A DNA stretch of 64,000 nucleotides from a virus. Below, piece after piece: positions 37,137 through 46,670 of this stretch; position 1 is the stretch's first letter, and the number at the start of each line of letters is the position of its first letter. The stretch lies in IMG/VR virus record IMGVR_UViG_3300048999_000191; one strand, given 5' to 3'. Both the position numbers and the translations under genes were made by a program. The notes under the pieces were generated by a model. That model worked only from the letters and a program-made list of their open reading frames with translations, was not told where the DNA came from and did not search any database.

Positions 37137-37838
37137 TCAGTCGTTCTTGCGCAGGTACAGCGACGCGCGAGCCGAACCGGTCTTCGTGCCCTCCAGGAGC
37201 AGGTGCGCGCGGACCGGGTTCTTCCGGAGCCACTCCAGCGCGCGGCCCTCGTCGACCACGCGGATCTGGCGGGTCATGGCCAGGAAGTCCTCGTTGCTGA
37301 GGATCTCGTCCTCGACGAGGTCACGCAGGCGGTCCAGATCCAGCTCGGTCTTGCCGCCGGACACCTCGCGGGTCAGCTTGACGTCCAGACCCGGCACGAC
37401 GGCCGACTCCTTGTCCGCGACGATCGCCCAGCCCTCCTTGGTGTGCTGGGTGTCCACGTCAATCTTGCCGTCGTGCGCGGCGATCGCGTCGAAGTGGTTG
37501 AAGATCGCGGCCTTGATCTGCTCGCGCGAGCGGTCGAGGCCCTTCGAGGCCTTGTCCCAGAACACGTAGGTGCGGGTGAGCGTCTCCAGCTCGGCCTGGG
37601 TCAGCATCCGGCGCCGGTCCGGCAGCTCCAACTCGGCGAGCAGCTTGGCGACCTGGGAGACCGCCTCTTCGGCGTCCTCGTTGAGCGCGGCGTTCTGCGG
37701 GATCGGCGTCTCGGCCAGCTGGACAAGGTCCTTCTCCGGCTTCGCGGCCTGGAGGACGTCGGCGACGGTGGCCCGGACCTTGGACAGCGCGGCGCGCACG
37801 CCGTTCAGCTGCGGGGTGACCTCGATGGAATCGGACAT
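37137..37838 (-). CDS. Hypothetical phage protein
   Basis: 233 aa; GGGAGGG RBS. Confidence 0.7.
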   Translation of the reverse strand: MSDSIEVTPQLNGVRAALSKVRATVADVLQAAKPEKDLVQLAETPIPQNAALNEDAEEAVSQVAKLLAELELPDRRRMLTQAELETLTRTYVFWDKASKGLDRSREQIKAAIFNHFDAIAAHDGKIDVDTQHTKEGWAIVADKESAVVPGLDVKLTREVSGGKTELDLDRLRDLVEDEILSNEDFLAMTRQIRVVDEGRALEWLRKNPVRAHLLLEGTKTGSARASLYLRKND

Positions 37839-37916
37839 GAGCCCTCCCGGGGGCGGTAGGTGATCCAGTGACTTCGGTGGTCGACTGGTTCAGAATACCG
37901 TACCCGGATCAGGATT

Positions 37917-39530
37917 TCAACCCCTCTGGCCGATCCCGAGGAACTCGCGCCGGTCGGCGGCAGTGACGTAGCCGTCGTCGGAGTCGCCACCCACCAGGTC
38001 GTCGTGGGCCTGGTTCCGCTTGATCATCTTGCGGATGATGCCCTCTTCGACGGTGCCCTCGGCGATCATGGTGTAGCAGGTGACCAGGTCGTGGACCGAG
38101 CCGATCCGGTGTGCGCGGTTGATCCGCTGGGTCCGCCGGGCGAAGCTCAGCGCGCTCTCGTACTCGAAGACGTACTGGGCGTTCTGGAGGTTCAGGCCCT
38201 GGCTGGCCGCATCCGAGGCCAGCAGGATCTCGGCCTGGCCGGTGACGAAGGTGTTCTTGCTCCGCTCGTTCTCCTCCAGCGAACGGCCGCCGTGGTACTC
38301 GACCACGGCGAAGCCCGCCTTGCGCAAGTCGTCGCCGAGCGCACGCAGCACCGAGCGGCCGAAGAAGGAGAAGACGATCGCCTGGGCGCCCTGGCCCTTG
38401 ACGATCGGGGTCAGCCGCGAGATGAGGTCGATCGACTTCGACGAGGGCATCTCGCACAGCGTCTGCGCGCCGACGATGTCCACGATCGTCTGGGAGATCT
38501 TGTTTCCGGCGTAGAGGTGGCTGGCCGGATGCCCGGCGGTCATCCGCTGCACGGTGAAGGCGAGGTCCGCGATACTCTGCGGCACCTCCTCGCCCTCCGG
38601 GAAGATCATCTCATTGATCGCCGTGTAGAGCTTCTTGTGCGCGGGCTCCAGTGGCACCCACAGCGACTTCTCGACCTGCTTCGGGAACTGGGCTCGGACG
38701 TCCTCGTCGGTTTTGTGCTTGATCAGGCAGATCGGCCGGAAGGTGTCGGCGAAGCGCTCGGCGGCGTGCGCCTGGTAGATGTAGTGGCCGTAGAGATCTC
38801 GGCCCCGGGTGAACTGCTCCTCGAAGCTGGCCACGGTCATCATCCGGGCGGGCGTGAGGATCCGGCCGACGTTGTAGCTGTCCTCGATGTCGCGCTCGAC
38901 CGGCGTGGCCGTCAGGCCGACGGCGCGCTGGTGCGTGGTCTTGCGCAGCTCCTTCAGCACGTACTCGAAGGCCTTGTGCCGCTGGCTGCCGCGCGAGCGC
39001 AATGCGGTGACCTCGTCGAGGATCCAGAGCACCCGCTTCCCGCGCAGGCCCAGGGCCTCCATCAGCGGGCCGTCCACGATCTTCTTCGACTTGCGACCCT
39101 CGATCTCGACCTGGTTCACCAGGTCGGTGCGCAGGGTGTCGTAAGTGGACACCAGGACGTGCGGGATGCCGTTCTTGGTCAGGCGCTTCTGTCGACCCTG
39201 GCCGTGGTAGACGGCTGCCGAGAGGGTGGTGAAGCGCTCGAACTCCTCGCGCCAGTCGACGATCTTGTTCTTCTCGGCGGCCACGATGACCTGGTCGATC
39301 CGGCCGTCCTCGATCAGCAGTGAGGCAAGTGCCATGCCGAAGATCGTCTTGCCGAGCCCGGTATTCCAGCCGACGAGCTGGCCCTGCTGGCTACCTTCCT
39401 CGGTGCGCAGGTAGGCCTTGGCCACATCCTCCGCCTGGAACTGGTAGAGGCCGCGCGGCGAGTAGAAGTTCTTGCCGTTCGGCAGCTCCCGCACTGGGAT
39501 GAAAGCGGGAGCTGCCGCGACGGCGGTCAC
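37917..39530 (-). CDS. SNF2-like SF2 helicase
   Basis: LYQFQ, TGLGKT, ILDE, LTATP, QGLNLQ, QRINRAHRIG. Confidence 0.9.
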   Translation of the reverse strand: MTAVAAAPAFIPVRELPNGKNFYSPRGLYQFQAEDVAKAYLRTEEGSQQGQLVGWNTGLGKTIFGMALASLLIEDGRIDQVIVAAEKNKIVDWREEFERFTTLSAAVYHGQGRQKRLTKNGIPHVLVSTYDTLRTDLVNQVEIEGRKSKKIVDGPLMEALGLRGKRVLWILDEVTALRSRGSQRHKAFEYVLKELRKTTHQRAVGLTATPVERDIEDSYNVGRILTPARMMTVASFEEQFTRGRDLYGHYIYQAHAAERFADTFRPICLIKHKTDEDVRAQFPKQVEKSLWVPLEPAHKKLYTAINEMIFPEGEEVPQSIADLAFTVQRMTAGHPASHLYAGNKISQTIVDIVGAQTLCEMPSSKSIDLISRLTPIVKGQGAQAIVFSFFGRSVLRALGDDLRKAGFAVVEYHGGRSLEENERSKNTFVTGQAEILLASDAASQGLNLQNAQYVFEYESALSFARRTQRINRAHRIGSVHDLVTCYTMIAEGTVEEGIIRKMIKRNQAHDDLVGGDSDDGYVTAADRREFLGIGQRG

Positions 39531-39829
39531 GCAGCTACCTCGGCGGGCAGGGTCAGCGTCACCTGGTACTGAAAGGCCTGGTCGCTGCCGGACACCGGCG
39601 TCAATGCGCGGATTTCGTCGGCGAGGCAGCGCAGGATCGGCACGGCGCCGTCGAGCGCGTGGGGGAACTGGGCGATGAAGAGCACCTCCAGCGCCTCCTC
39701 GCGGACCTCACGCTCGGCGTGGGCCACGTAACCGTCCAGCTCGATGAACCAGGGGCCGGGGTCGTGCAGCGCCCGCTCCAGGGCGTGCGCCATCGTGACC
39801 GCTCGGGAAACCGCGAGGTCGAACGACAT
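39527..39829 (-). CDS. Hypothetical protein
   Basis: Coupled to the helicase; AAAGGG RBS. Confidence 0.6.
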   Translation of the reverse strand: MSFDLAVSRAVTMAHALERALHDPGPWFIELDGYVAHAEREVREEALEVLFIAQFPHALDGAVPILRCLADEIRALTPVSGSDQAFQYQVTLTLPAEVAA

Positions 39830-39990
39830 GACGAGCCCTTTCTGAGGTTGCTCTCTGCGATCATTGTCGCAGGTCAGGACGAATAGCTCAATAATTAAGG
39901 CCGAATGGCTCGCTTATTGCGGCCCTTTGGGGTAAGAAGAGCGGCACTTTGTCCTTCGAATGCAGACAGAACCCCAGGTCAAGACGGCAA

Positions 39991-40022
39991 ACGGGCCGCC
40001 CTCCCGGAGGAAGACGGCCCGT
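39991..40022 (-). terminator. Terminator after holin
   Basis: ACGGGCCG / CGGCCCGT stem. Confidence 0.55.
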
Positions 40023-40035
40023 GCTGAGCTGAAGA

Positions 40036-40425
40036 TCAGGCGTCGACCGAGGTCACCGGCGTGACGACCGGCTTCGCCGCCGGTGCGAACACCTGAGTCC
40101 TCAGATACCAGGCCACCCCGGCCTCGACGAACACCATGACACCGGACTGCACCTCGATCGAGAGGTTGAACCGCAGTGCGAGCGCGAGTGCGATGAGGGC
40201 CTTGAGCAGACCGGCCACCAGCGGGGCCGCCTTCTCCTTGGACACCGCCAGCGCGGTGAGCAGACCGAACGCGGCGGTCAGCACGGCCAGGATCGCGCCG
40301 TTGAGACCTTCGCTCAGATGCAGGAACGGCGTGAGGAGTACCAGCACGCCCGAGGCGAGCTGAAGCCACTGGGCCGGTTCACGACCGAGGAAAATGACCG
40401 GCTTGGCCGGTTCGAGTGTCGTCAT
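40036..40425 (-). CDS. Holin-like membrane protein
   Basis: IFLGREPA N-terminus, four TM helices, ..RTQV..P end; follows the lysin. Confidence 0.75.
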   Translation of the reverse strand: MTTLEPAKPVIFLGREPAQWLQLASGVLVLLTPFLHLSEGLNGAILAVLTAAFGLLTALAVSKEKAAPLVAGLLKALIALALALRFNLSIEVQSGVMVFVEAGVAWYLRTQVFAPAAKPVVTPVTSVDA

Positions 40426-40442
40426 GATCGATTTCTCCTTTG

Positions 40443-41411
40443 TCAGCCGACGATGTCGATGTCGAACGGCTCGGCCGCGCTGTAGTTGACGTCCGCCCAG
40501 ACCCCGCCCGGCAGGTCGTACCGCCGGTGGCTGGTGAGCCGGTTGTTGTAGCCCGGGGTTTGAGTCGGGTTGTGGCCGATGCCGTTGTGGTCGTTACCCC
40601 AGGCGAAGATGTCGCCGACCCACATCGGCTTCGAGAAGCCGGTGCCATCGATACGCGGCCGGACGACGATCGCGGCGCCCGCGCTGCCCGAGAGGTTGAC
40701 CCGCACCGTGTTCTGCCCGGCGTTGGGCGGGGTGACGGTGATGCGCTCCATGATCTCTACTCCTGCCTGATTGGGCTGTGACGCCGGAGCGCTGGGCACG
40801 CCGGGTCCGAACGCGTTGAGGATCAGCACACGGTCGGTCGAGATGCCGCCGACCTTCGGCTGGACGTTGTTGTCCTGCCAGCCGTTGACCCACGAGCGCA
40901 CGGCCGAGCGCGATCCACACTGGACGGCGAAATCCACATGCCCGCGTGCCGCGTCGATGGCGTCGGCGAAGCCGTAGCCGCCCGCGACCGCCCGGCCGAG
41001 CACGCTCACCGCGCCGTCGAGGTAGTCCTGCCAGGACTTCGCCGGGATCGTGGTGCGCCCGGTGCTGGTGAACCAGCGATCGCAGCAGAACAGGATCTTG
41101 CCCTGCCAGCCGAGGTAGTTCATGCCCGCCTGAGCCCGCCGGGCATTGGCCTGCCCAGCGGCGTAGCCGCCCAGTGGATCGTCGACCCCGACCTCCATGT
41201 ACATCGCGTCCATCGCGATGCCCGCCGCCTTCAGGCTGGCGTACTCGGCCCTGGTGACGTGCTTGGTGCGCACCAGCGCCGGGTTCGAGATGTCGTCGAT
41301 GTAGCGGATCGCGCCGGTGGCGTACTCGCCTTTCGGGCCGACCTGCGTTTGCGCGATGGTCCTCCCGTCCAGCTGCGTGGCGCTGTAGTCGATGTGCCAG
41401 GTGTCGGCCAT
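40443..41411 (-). CDS. Endolysin, DUF1906/GH25-like glycoside hydrolase
   Basis: IDYS, GAIRY, YME, ILFCCD, GGYG TIM-barrel motifs; C-terminal binding-like domain. Confidence 0.7.
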   Translation of the reverse strand: MADTWHIDYSATQLDGRTIAQTQVGPKGEYATGAIRYIDDISNPALVRTKHVTRAEYASLKAAGIAMDAMYMEVGVDDPLGGYAAGQANARRAQAGMNYLGWQGKILFCCDRWFTSTGRTTIPAKSWQDYLDGAVSVLGRAVAGGYGFADAIDAARGHVDFAVQCGSRSAVRSWVNGWQDNNVQPKVGGISTDRVLILNAFGPGVPSAPASQPNQAGVEIMERITVTPPNAGQNTVRVNLSGSAGAAIVVRPRIDGTGFSKPMWVGDIFAWGNDHNGIGHNPTQTPGYNNRLTSHRRYDLPGGVWADVNYSAAEPFDIDIVG

Positions 41412-42343
41412 CACAGCCCCTTCGCGGCCAGCCAGGCCCGCAGCGCGTCGGAGACGAGGTGACCCTGCCCGTAGTGGTGCTCGTTCACCCACGGCCGGAG
41501 ATGCGTTGCCAGAGCGCGATCAGCGTCGTCCACAGACGGCGCCACAGGCTGGGGCTGCTCGCCGGGGGCGGGCTGGGGGACGGGGACGGGGCTGGGAAAC
41601 GGGCGGCCCGTGAGGTCGGTGTAGGCCGACGCCAGGGCTTGCTTGTCCACCCCCTGCTGGAAGGCGGCGGTACCCAGATGCTCGGGCCAGATGACGCCCC
41701 AGGCCTCCTCGGCCTGGTGGCTCCAGAAGCTCGGCGTGGTCTCGAACTTCTCCGCCCAGGAGATCAGCTCGGGATTCGGGTCGTAGCCGCCGACGAAGAC
41801 GGCATGGCCGCCCCACTCGCCGGAGCGCTCGTAGTTCCAGGTGCCCTGCTGACTGCGCTGGGCCGTCAGCAGGTTCACGCCGAGCAGCAAGCCGCCGAAG
41901 ATGGCCGTCCAGGCCCGGACCTCCTCGACGTTCTGCACGTCGATCTTGGCGAAGGCCACGCACTTCTTACCGCCGATGCCGTTGTGCTGGACCTCCTCCA
42001 GCATCGTCTGCATGTCCACGCCACTGTCTCCGGGACCACCCGGGTCGGCCGGGTCGAACGCGGGGTTGCCGGAGCGGCGGTAGAGGTCGAAGACGTCGTT
42101 CTGGCTCGGGGTCTCCTGCGTGCCGGTCAGGTACGCGGTGACCTGACGCCGCTGGTTGGCCACCGAGGTGGGCCCGCAGACGCCGTAGGTGTCGTTGTCG
42201 TAGAGCCCGTAGGTGGCCTTCGAGAGGTTGTCGGCCGCTGCCGGGTGCTTCGGGATGACCCCGGTGAGGAACCGCGAGGCGCGCAGAGCGGGCGCGTTCT
42301 TCGGTGCGCGCCGCCCGAGCATGCGGGCGGAGGTGTTCGGCAT
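41411..42343 (-). CDS. Papain-like (C1/C39-type) cysteine peptidase in the lysis cassette
   Basis: NDTYGVCG (catalytic Cys), GGHAVFVGGYD (His), ISW. Confidence 0.7.
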   Translation of the reverse strand: MPNTSARMLGRRAPKNAPALRASRFLTGVIPKHPAAADNLSKATYGLYDNDTYGVCGPTSVANQRRQVTAYLTGTQETPSQNDVFDLYRRSGNPAFDPADPGGPGDSGVDMQTMLEEVQHNGIGGKKCVAFAKIDVQNVEEVRAWTAIFGGLLLGVNLLTAQRSQQGTWNYERSGEWGGHAVFVGGYDPNPELISWAEKFETTPSFWSHQAEEAWGVIWPEHLGTAAFQQGVDKQALASAYTDLTGRPFPSPVPVPQPAPGEQPQPVAPSVDDADRALATHLRPWVNEHHYGQGHLVSDALRAWLAAKGL

Positions 42344-42466
42344 GGTGATGCTCCCTTCCGCAGGTTGGGCGCGGAGAGGGGGCCGTGGGCAGGGCTACCC
42401 AGGAAGGTAGGGCTGCTGATCTTTCCTGACTAGCCGTGGTTCGTCGGCCTGTGTTACCTTTTGTCC

Positions 42467-42676
42467 ATGGAGATTGTCCAGCCACCAGAGATCGAGTTCT
42501 GGACTCGGCAAGAGGTCGCGAAGTTCCTGCGCGTAACGACCAGAACCGTCCAGCGCATGGGACACGAAGGCCGCTTGACCGAGTACCGGAACGGCAACAT
42601 CGTTCGCTACGACCAGGCCGAGGTCCGGAACTTGCTCCAGCCCGTCGCTCCCTCGGCAGTCGAGGAGCAGGCCTAA
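42467..42676 (+). CDS. Excisionase-like HTH protein, probably leaderless
   Basis: WTRQEVAKFLRVTTRTVQR...G.L...R.G..VRY; TGTTACCTT extended -10 ends 6 nt before the ATG. Confidence 0.75.
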   Translation: MEIVQPPEIEFWTRQEVAKFLRVTTRTVQRMGHEGRLTEYRNGNIVRYDQAEVRNLLQPVAPSAVEEQA

Positions 42677-42679
42677 CTC

Positions 42680-43885
42680 ATGGCGACCTTCTACGAGCGA
42701 CCGGAGAGGGGGTGGACCCCCATCCCCGACGAACTCATTCAGGCCGCCGAGCTGTCTCCCGTCGCGCGGCTCGTGCTGATGCACGCGATGTCCAACCGCG
42801 CCGACTGGGAAGAGCCCGCCTGGAAGATCGCGCAGCGCCTCGGATTCTCTCGCGAGCGTGTGATCAATGCTCTGGCCGAGTTGAAGAAGACCGGCCACGC
42901 GCGCAAGACCGCCACCGTCACGGTGCCGGGCCGACCTCCCCGGCAGGGCTGGGACTTCGCCTGGCCTGCGTTCGTCGAGGCCACCGGCCATCGTCGGGTT
43001 TCGCCATCGTCGGAAAACCCGACGATGGCAGAGGATCTCCAGGTGGAGCCCAAAGTCGGATTTCACCACGATGGCGTTTCCCATCGTCGGGTTTTGCCAT
43101 CGTCGGATTTCCCGACGTCGGGAAATCCGACTCCATTACTAGACCAAGGTTCTAACGAGACTGTTGATCCACTAGACCAACCCACGAACAAGACGAAAGA
43201 ACACATCGCTAAGCCCGACCCCGCACCGGAGGAGGCCCCTGTGGCCCTGCTGAACCTGAACGACTTCGAGGACCTGCCCTCGGCCCCGACCAAGCCCCGG
43301 CGCCAGCGCCCCAGCCCAACGACCGATGACCCGAACTTCGACAAGGCCTGGGTGGCCTACGGCCACAAGGTGGACCGCGTGCAAGCCCGGAAGGCCTGGA
43401 CCCGGGCGCTGAAGAAAACCTCGGCAGAGACCATCCTGGCCGCCATTCCGGCCTACGTGGCCGTCACCGCAGCCAAGGGCGAGCCGGAGGGCACCGGCGC
43501 CGCCTGGAAGCCCCGGCGGAAGAACCTGGCCACCTGGCTGAACAACGAGGGCTGGACCGAGGTGATCGAGGCGCCGAAGAAGGGCTACCAGGGCAACGCG
43601 GGCTCAGACGTGAAGACCATGGAGGGCGCGCTGGAGCGCACCATGGCCCGGCCGATCTGCAAGCTCATGCGCACCGGTCCGATGACGGGTGACCTGGACT
43701 GGAACCGGGCCTGGTACTACCACTGGAACGTCGCTGAGCAGCGCGATTGGACCGCAGAGCAGCTGCTGGCCACCGGCAACACTCCCGAGGACGTGGAGTG
43801 GCTGCTGGAGGCCTACGCCGACGGGATCGACCTGGAGATCTACGACCGGATGAAGCGCGACATGAACATCACCGAGGAAGCCTGA
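42680..43885 (+). CDS. Replication initiator (lambda O/DnaD-like architecture)
   Basis: N-terminal HTH (WTPIPDELIQ...LSPVAR), repeat-rich linker, C-terminal FDKAWVAY...ARKAW...ATWLN..GW. Confidence 0.75.
   Translation: MATFYERPERGWTPIPDELIQAAELSPVARLVLMHAMSNRADWEEPAWKIAQRLGFSRERVINALAELKKTGHARKTATVTVPGRPPRQGWDFAWPAFVEATGHRRVSPSSENPTMAEDLQVEPKVGFHHDGVSHRRVLPSSDFPTSGNPTPLLDQGSNETVDPLDQPTNKTKEHIAKPDPAPEEAPVALLNLNDFEDLPSAPTKPRRQRPSPTTDDPNFDKAWVAYGHKVDRVQARKAWTRALKKTSAETILAAIPAYVAVTAAKGEPEGTGAAWKPRRKNLATWLNNEGWTEVIEAPKKGYQGNAGSDVKTMEGALERTMARPICKLMRTGPMTGDLDWNRAWYYHWNVAEQRDWTAEQLLATGNTPEDVEWLLEAYADGIDLEIYDRMKRDMNITEEA
42987..43200. repeat. Iteron array and A-rich tract: probable replication origin inside the initiator gene
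   Basis: CCATCGTCGG at 42988, 43004, 43081, 43097 and inverted at 43019; perfect 30-bp palindrome 43102-43131; ACTAGACCAA at 43138 and 43171. Confidence 0.75.
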
Positions 43886-44601
43886 TGCTGGATTTCAACA
43901 AGATCCTTACCCCGCTGGACTTGATCCGGCCGGAGGACCTCTACGAGGGCTTCGACGTCGACAATCCGCCGGACCCGGCGAACTACTGGGACGCCGAGGC
44001 TATGGCGCCCAGCGAGGAGTGGAACCAGCTGCGGGCGATCTGGGTCAAGGTCAAGGTCTATCAGGCGCTGCACTCCCCGAAGTACGTCGCCGCGCCGGAC
44101 ACCTACGAGATCCCGCGTCCGCTCAAGAACTGGGCCGATCGGATCATCGCCGGAGAAGTCCCGCATCCGCTGCTGGTCTTCGGCAATGTCGGCGTGGGCA
44201 AGACCTGGGGTGTGAGCGCCATGGCCTGCTACCTGGCCGCCTTCTGGGACCGGAAGGTCTGGGTGGAGGCGCCGCCGATCGCCTTCCGCAAGGCGTCCCG
44301 GATGGTCAGCCAGCTGAAGAACTTCGGCAGCGGCGAGGCTCGTGAGCAGGCGCACTTCGAGGTCGTCCACGCCAAGGTCTTGGTCGTGGACGACCTGACC
44401 CGAGCCAAGCTCACCGACTTCGACATGGAGACCATCGGCGAGCTGGTCGACGCGCGCCAGGACGCGAAACTGCCAACGATCTTCACGGTGAATCACGACG
44501 CGGACACGGAGCTGACCGATCTGATGCCCGCCTTCCTGGCCAGCCGTCTCGGCCAGGGTCAGCAGGTCATCATCCTGGGCCCGGACCGACGGGCGGCGTA
44601 G
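43885..44601 (+). CDS. DnaC/IstB-like ATPase (helicase loader)
   Basis: GNVGVGKT, LVVDDL, VDAR...PTIFTVN, ASRL, GPDRR. Confidence 0.85.
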   Translation: MLDFNKILTPLDLIRPEDLYEGFDVDNPPDPANYWDAEAMAPSEEWNQLRAIWVKVKVYQALHSPKYVAAPDTYEIPRPLKNWADRIIAGEVPHPLLVFGNVGVGKTWGVSAMACYLAAFWDRKVWVEAPPIAFRKASRMVSQLKNFGSGEAREQAHFEVVHAKVLVVDDLTRAKLTDFDMETIGELVDARQDAKLPTIFTVNHDADTELTDLMPAFLASRLGQGQQVIILGPDRRAA

Positions 44602-44631
44602 TTGTGCCGACACTACCCATTCTGGTACTGT
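44602..44631 (+). promoter_or_regulatory. Promoter with operator upstream of dinG
   Basis: -35 TTGTGC, 18 bp, -10 TACTGT; CTACCC-ATTC-TGGTAC at 44613-44628. Confidence 0.6.
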
Positions 44632-44662
44632 TCCAGCATCACCCGCACCGGAGGGACATCAC

Positions 44663-46615
44663 ATGTTGACCTGGACTGAAGCGGAGCAGCGCCTTGCTGA
44701 GTCGCTGCCCGCCTACGAGTCGCGTCCCCAGCAGAAGATGCTGGCCGAGGCCATCGAGATCGCCCTGGGCGAGTGCAAGGTCGTGATCGGCCAGGGCGGC
44801 TGCGGCGTGGGCAAGTCCTTCGCCCTGCTCATCCCGCTGATCATGCACGCGCGGCGCACCGGTCTCCCGGCCGCCGTCTCCACGGCGACCAAGAGCCTCC
44901 AGGACCAGTACATCAACAAGGACCTGCCCTTCCTGCTCCAGCACCTGGGCGAGCCCTTCACGTACGCCGTGGTCAAGGGCCGGGGCAACTACGTCTGCAA
45001 GGCCAAGATGCAGGAGCTGAAGCCGGGCGACATCCAGTACCGCGAGGCGCTGGTGCAGGAGCTGGCGGCCGACCCGACCCACTCCGGCGACCTCACCGAC
45101 CTGGTCACTCCGATCGAGCCCGCCGAGAAGCGCTTCATCGTCTCGACCTCCGACGAGTGCCCCGGCAAGAGCGAGTGCCCGTTCGGCGACAAGGGCTGCT
45201 ACGCCGAGGTGGCCAAGGACCGGGCGAAGCGCTCGAACATCGTGGTCGTCAATCACGCAGCGCTGATCACCGACCTGAAGATCAAGCAGGAGGGTGGTTT
45301 CGGCCTGCTGCCGGAGTTCGGCGCCATCGGGGTCGACGAAAGCCACGAGCTGGAGAGCTACGCGACCAACGCGCTCGGCGCCGAGGTCACCCAGCGCGGG
45401 ATCGAGAACCTGGCGAACGAGGCCATCAACCTGCTCTCCGCCACCGTGTCGGCCGAGACCTCGGCCCTGCTGGGCGCGGCAGAGCGGCTGTTCTTCCACC
45501 TGAAGAAGCTGCTCAAGGAGGCCAAGGAGCGCACGGTCAAGTTCGGCGACCGCGAGGCCCTGGAGGCCGAGAAGCAGCTGGGTGACATCCTGCGCGCGCT
45601 GCTGACGCTGAAGAAGGCCGCCGAGGCGGCCTATGTGACCGAGGACGCCGAGCGGATGCGCCTCAAGCGGCTGAAGAAGCGCATCAACTCGATGTTCGAC
45701 AAGTTCAAGGCGGTGGTCTTCTCGACCTCGGCCGAGCTGGTCCGCTGGATCGAGTCGGACGACAAGCGCGGCGTCGTGCTGAAGTACGCGCCGCTCTACG
45801 TCGGCGAGTTCCTCAACGAGATGATCTGGGAGCGCGGCCCGGCGGCGCTGGTCTCGGCCACGGTGGCCATCGGCAACGACTTCTCGTTCGTCGCCGAGCG
45901 GCACGGCATTCCGGCCGGGTACGACCACGTGGACGCGGGCAGCCCGTTCGACTTCGAGAAGCAGGCCAGCCTCTACATCCCGGATAAGTGCGACCCGTCG
46001 GCCGACCCGGCGAACTGGCGCTCGAAGGTGCGGATGCAGAGCCTGGAGCTGATCCGCAAGGCGGGCGGCCGGGCGCTGCTGCTGTTCAGCTCGCGGGCGA
46101 ACATGCAGGCCATGCACGACTCGATGAAGGAATCGCTGGAGGACATGGGCTTGACCGTGCTCATCCAGGGTCAGGGCACCGTGAAGCAGCTCGGCGAGAA
46201 GTTCAAGTCGGACGAGACCAGCGTCCTGTTCGGCCTGAAGTCCTTCGCCACCGGGTTCGATGTGCCGGGCGATGCGCTGCGGGTCGTGATCATCGACAAG
46301 ATGCCGTTCCCGGTCCCGAGCGACGTGATCTTCGCGGCACGCGCCGAGGCGATCGACAAGGCGGCCACGAACAAGTGGGTCGACGGTGCCTTCCCGAAGC
46401 TCTCGGTGCCGAGCATGGCCCTGGACCTGCTCCAGGAGGCCGGGCGGCTGATCCGTACGACCAGCGACGAGGGCCTGATCGCGATCTTCGACTCGCGACT
46501 GGTCGAGAAACGCTACGGCAAGCAGATCCTGAAGGCGCTGCCCCCGGCGCGCCGAGTGGGTACCTTCCAGGAGGCCAGCTCTTACCTCGAAGACCTCTCC
46601 TCCCGTCGCGGGTAG
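44663..46615 (+). CDS. dinG: DinG/YoaA-family Fe-S helicase
   Basis: RPQQ, GCGVGKS, KGRGNYVC, C..C..C cluster, DESH, SAT, GFDVPG, QEAGRLIR. Confidence 0.92.
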   Translation: MLTWTEAEQRLAESLPAYESRPQQKMLAEAIEIALGECKVVIGQGGCGVGKSFALLIPLIMHARRTGLPAAVSTATKSLQDQYINKDLPFLLQHLGEPFTYAVVKGRGNYVCKAKMQELKPGDIQYREALVQELAADPTHSGDLTDLVTPIEPAEKRFIVSTSDECPGKSECPFGDKGCYAEVAKDRAKRSNIVVVNHAALITDLKIKQEGGFGLLPEFGAIGVDESHELESYATNALGAEVTQRGIENLANEAINLLSATVSAETSALLGAAERLFFHLKKLLKEAKERTVKFGDREALEAEKQLGDILRALLTLKKAAEAAYVTEDAERMRLKRLKKRINSMFDKFKAVVFSTSAELVRWIESDDKRGVVLKYAPLYVGEFLNEMIWERGPAALVSATVAIGNDFSFVAERHGIPAGYDHVDAGSPFDFEKQASLYIPDKCDPSADPANWRSKVRMQSLELIRKAGGRALLLFSSRANMQAMHDSMKESLEDMGLTVLIQGQGTVKQLGEKFKSDETSVLFGLKSFATGFDVPGDALRVVIIDKMPFPVPSDVIFAARAEAIDKAATNKWVDGAFPKLSVPSMALDLLQEAGRLIRTTSDEGLIAIFDSRLVEKRYGKQILKALPPARRVGTFQEASSYLEDLSSRRG

Positions 46616-46623
46616 GAGGCCCC

Positions 46624-46664
46624 GAAGCCGCCCCAGGTGACCGGTAAGCACCTGGGGCGGCTTC
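46624..46664. terminator. Bidirectional terminator between convergent genes
   Basis: GAAGCCGCCCCAGGTG / CACCTGGGGCGGCTTC. Confidence 0.8.
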
Positions 46665-46670
46665 CTGATG

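Noticed and set aside
39830-40035. tRNA or other ncRNA in AT-richer intergenic DNA (also 7850-7960)
   Set aside because: No cloverleaf or T-loop consensus seen; consistent with promoter plus terminator
42467-42676. Integration module implied by the excisionase-like HTH
   Set aside because: No integrase or att-like site in the window; more likely a regulator of the replication operon
42987-43131. Palindromic repeats as a mini-CRISPR
   Set aside because: Repeats are 10-16 bp, abutting or inverted, with no unique spacers, and lie in-frame in an initiator gene; they fit iterons
20925-46615. Cas4-like nuclease plus DinG suggesting a type IV CRISPR-Cas system
   Set aside because: No repeat-spacer array and no Cas5/6/7-like genes seen; the two genes are over 20 kb apart in ordinary replication contexts
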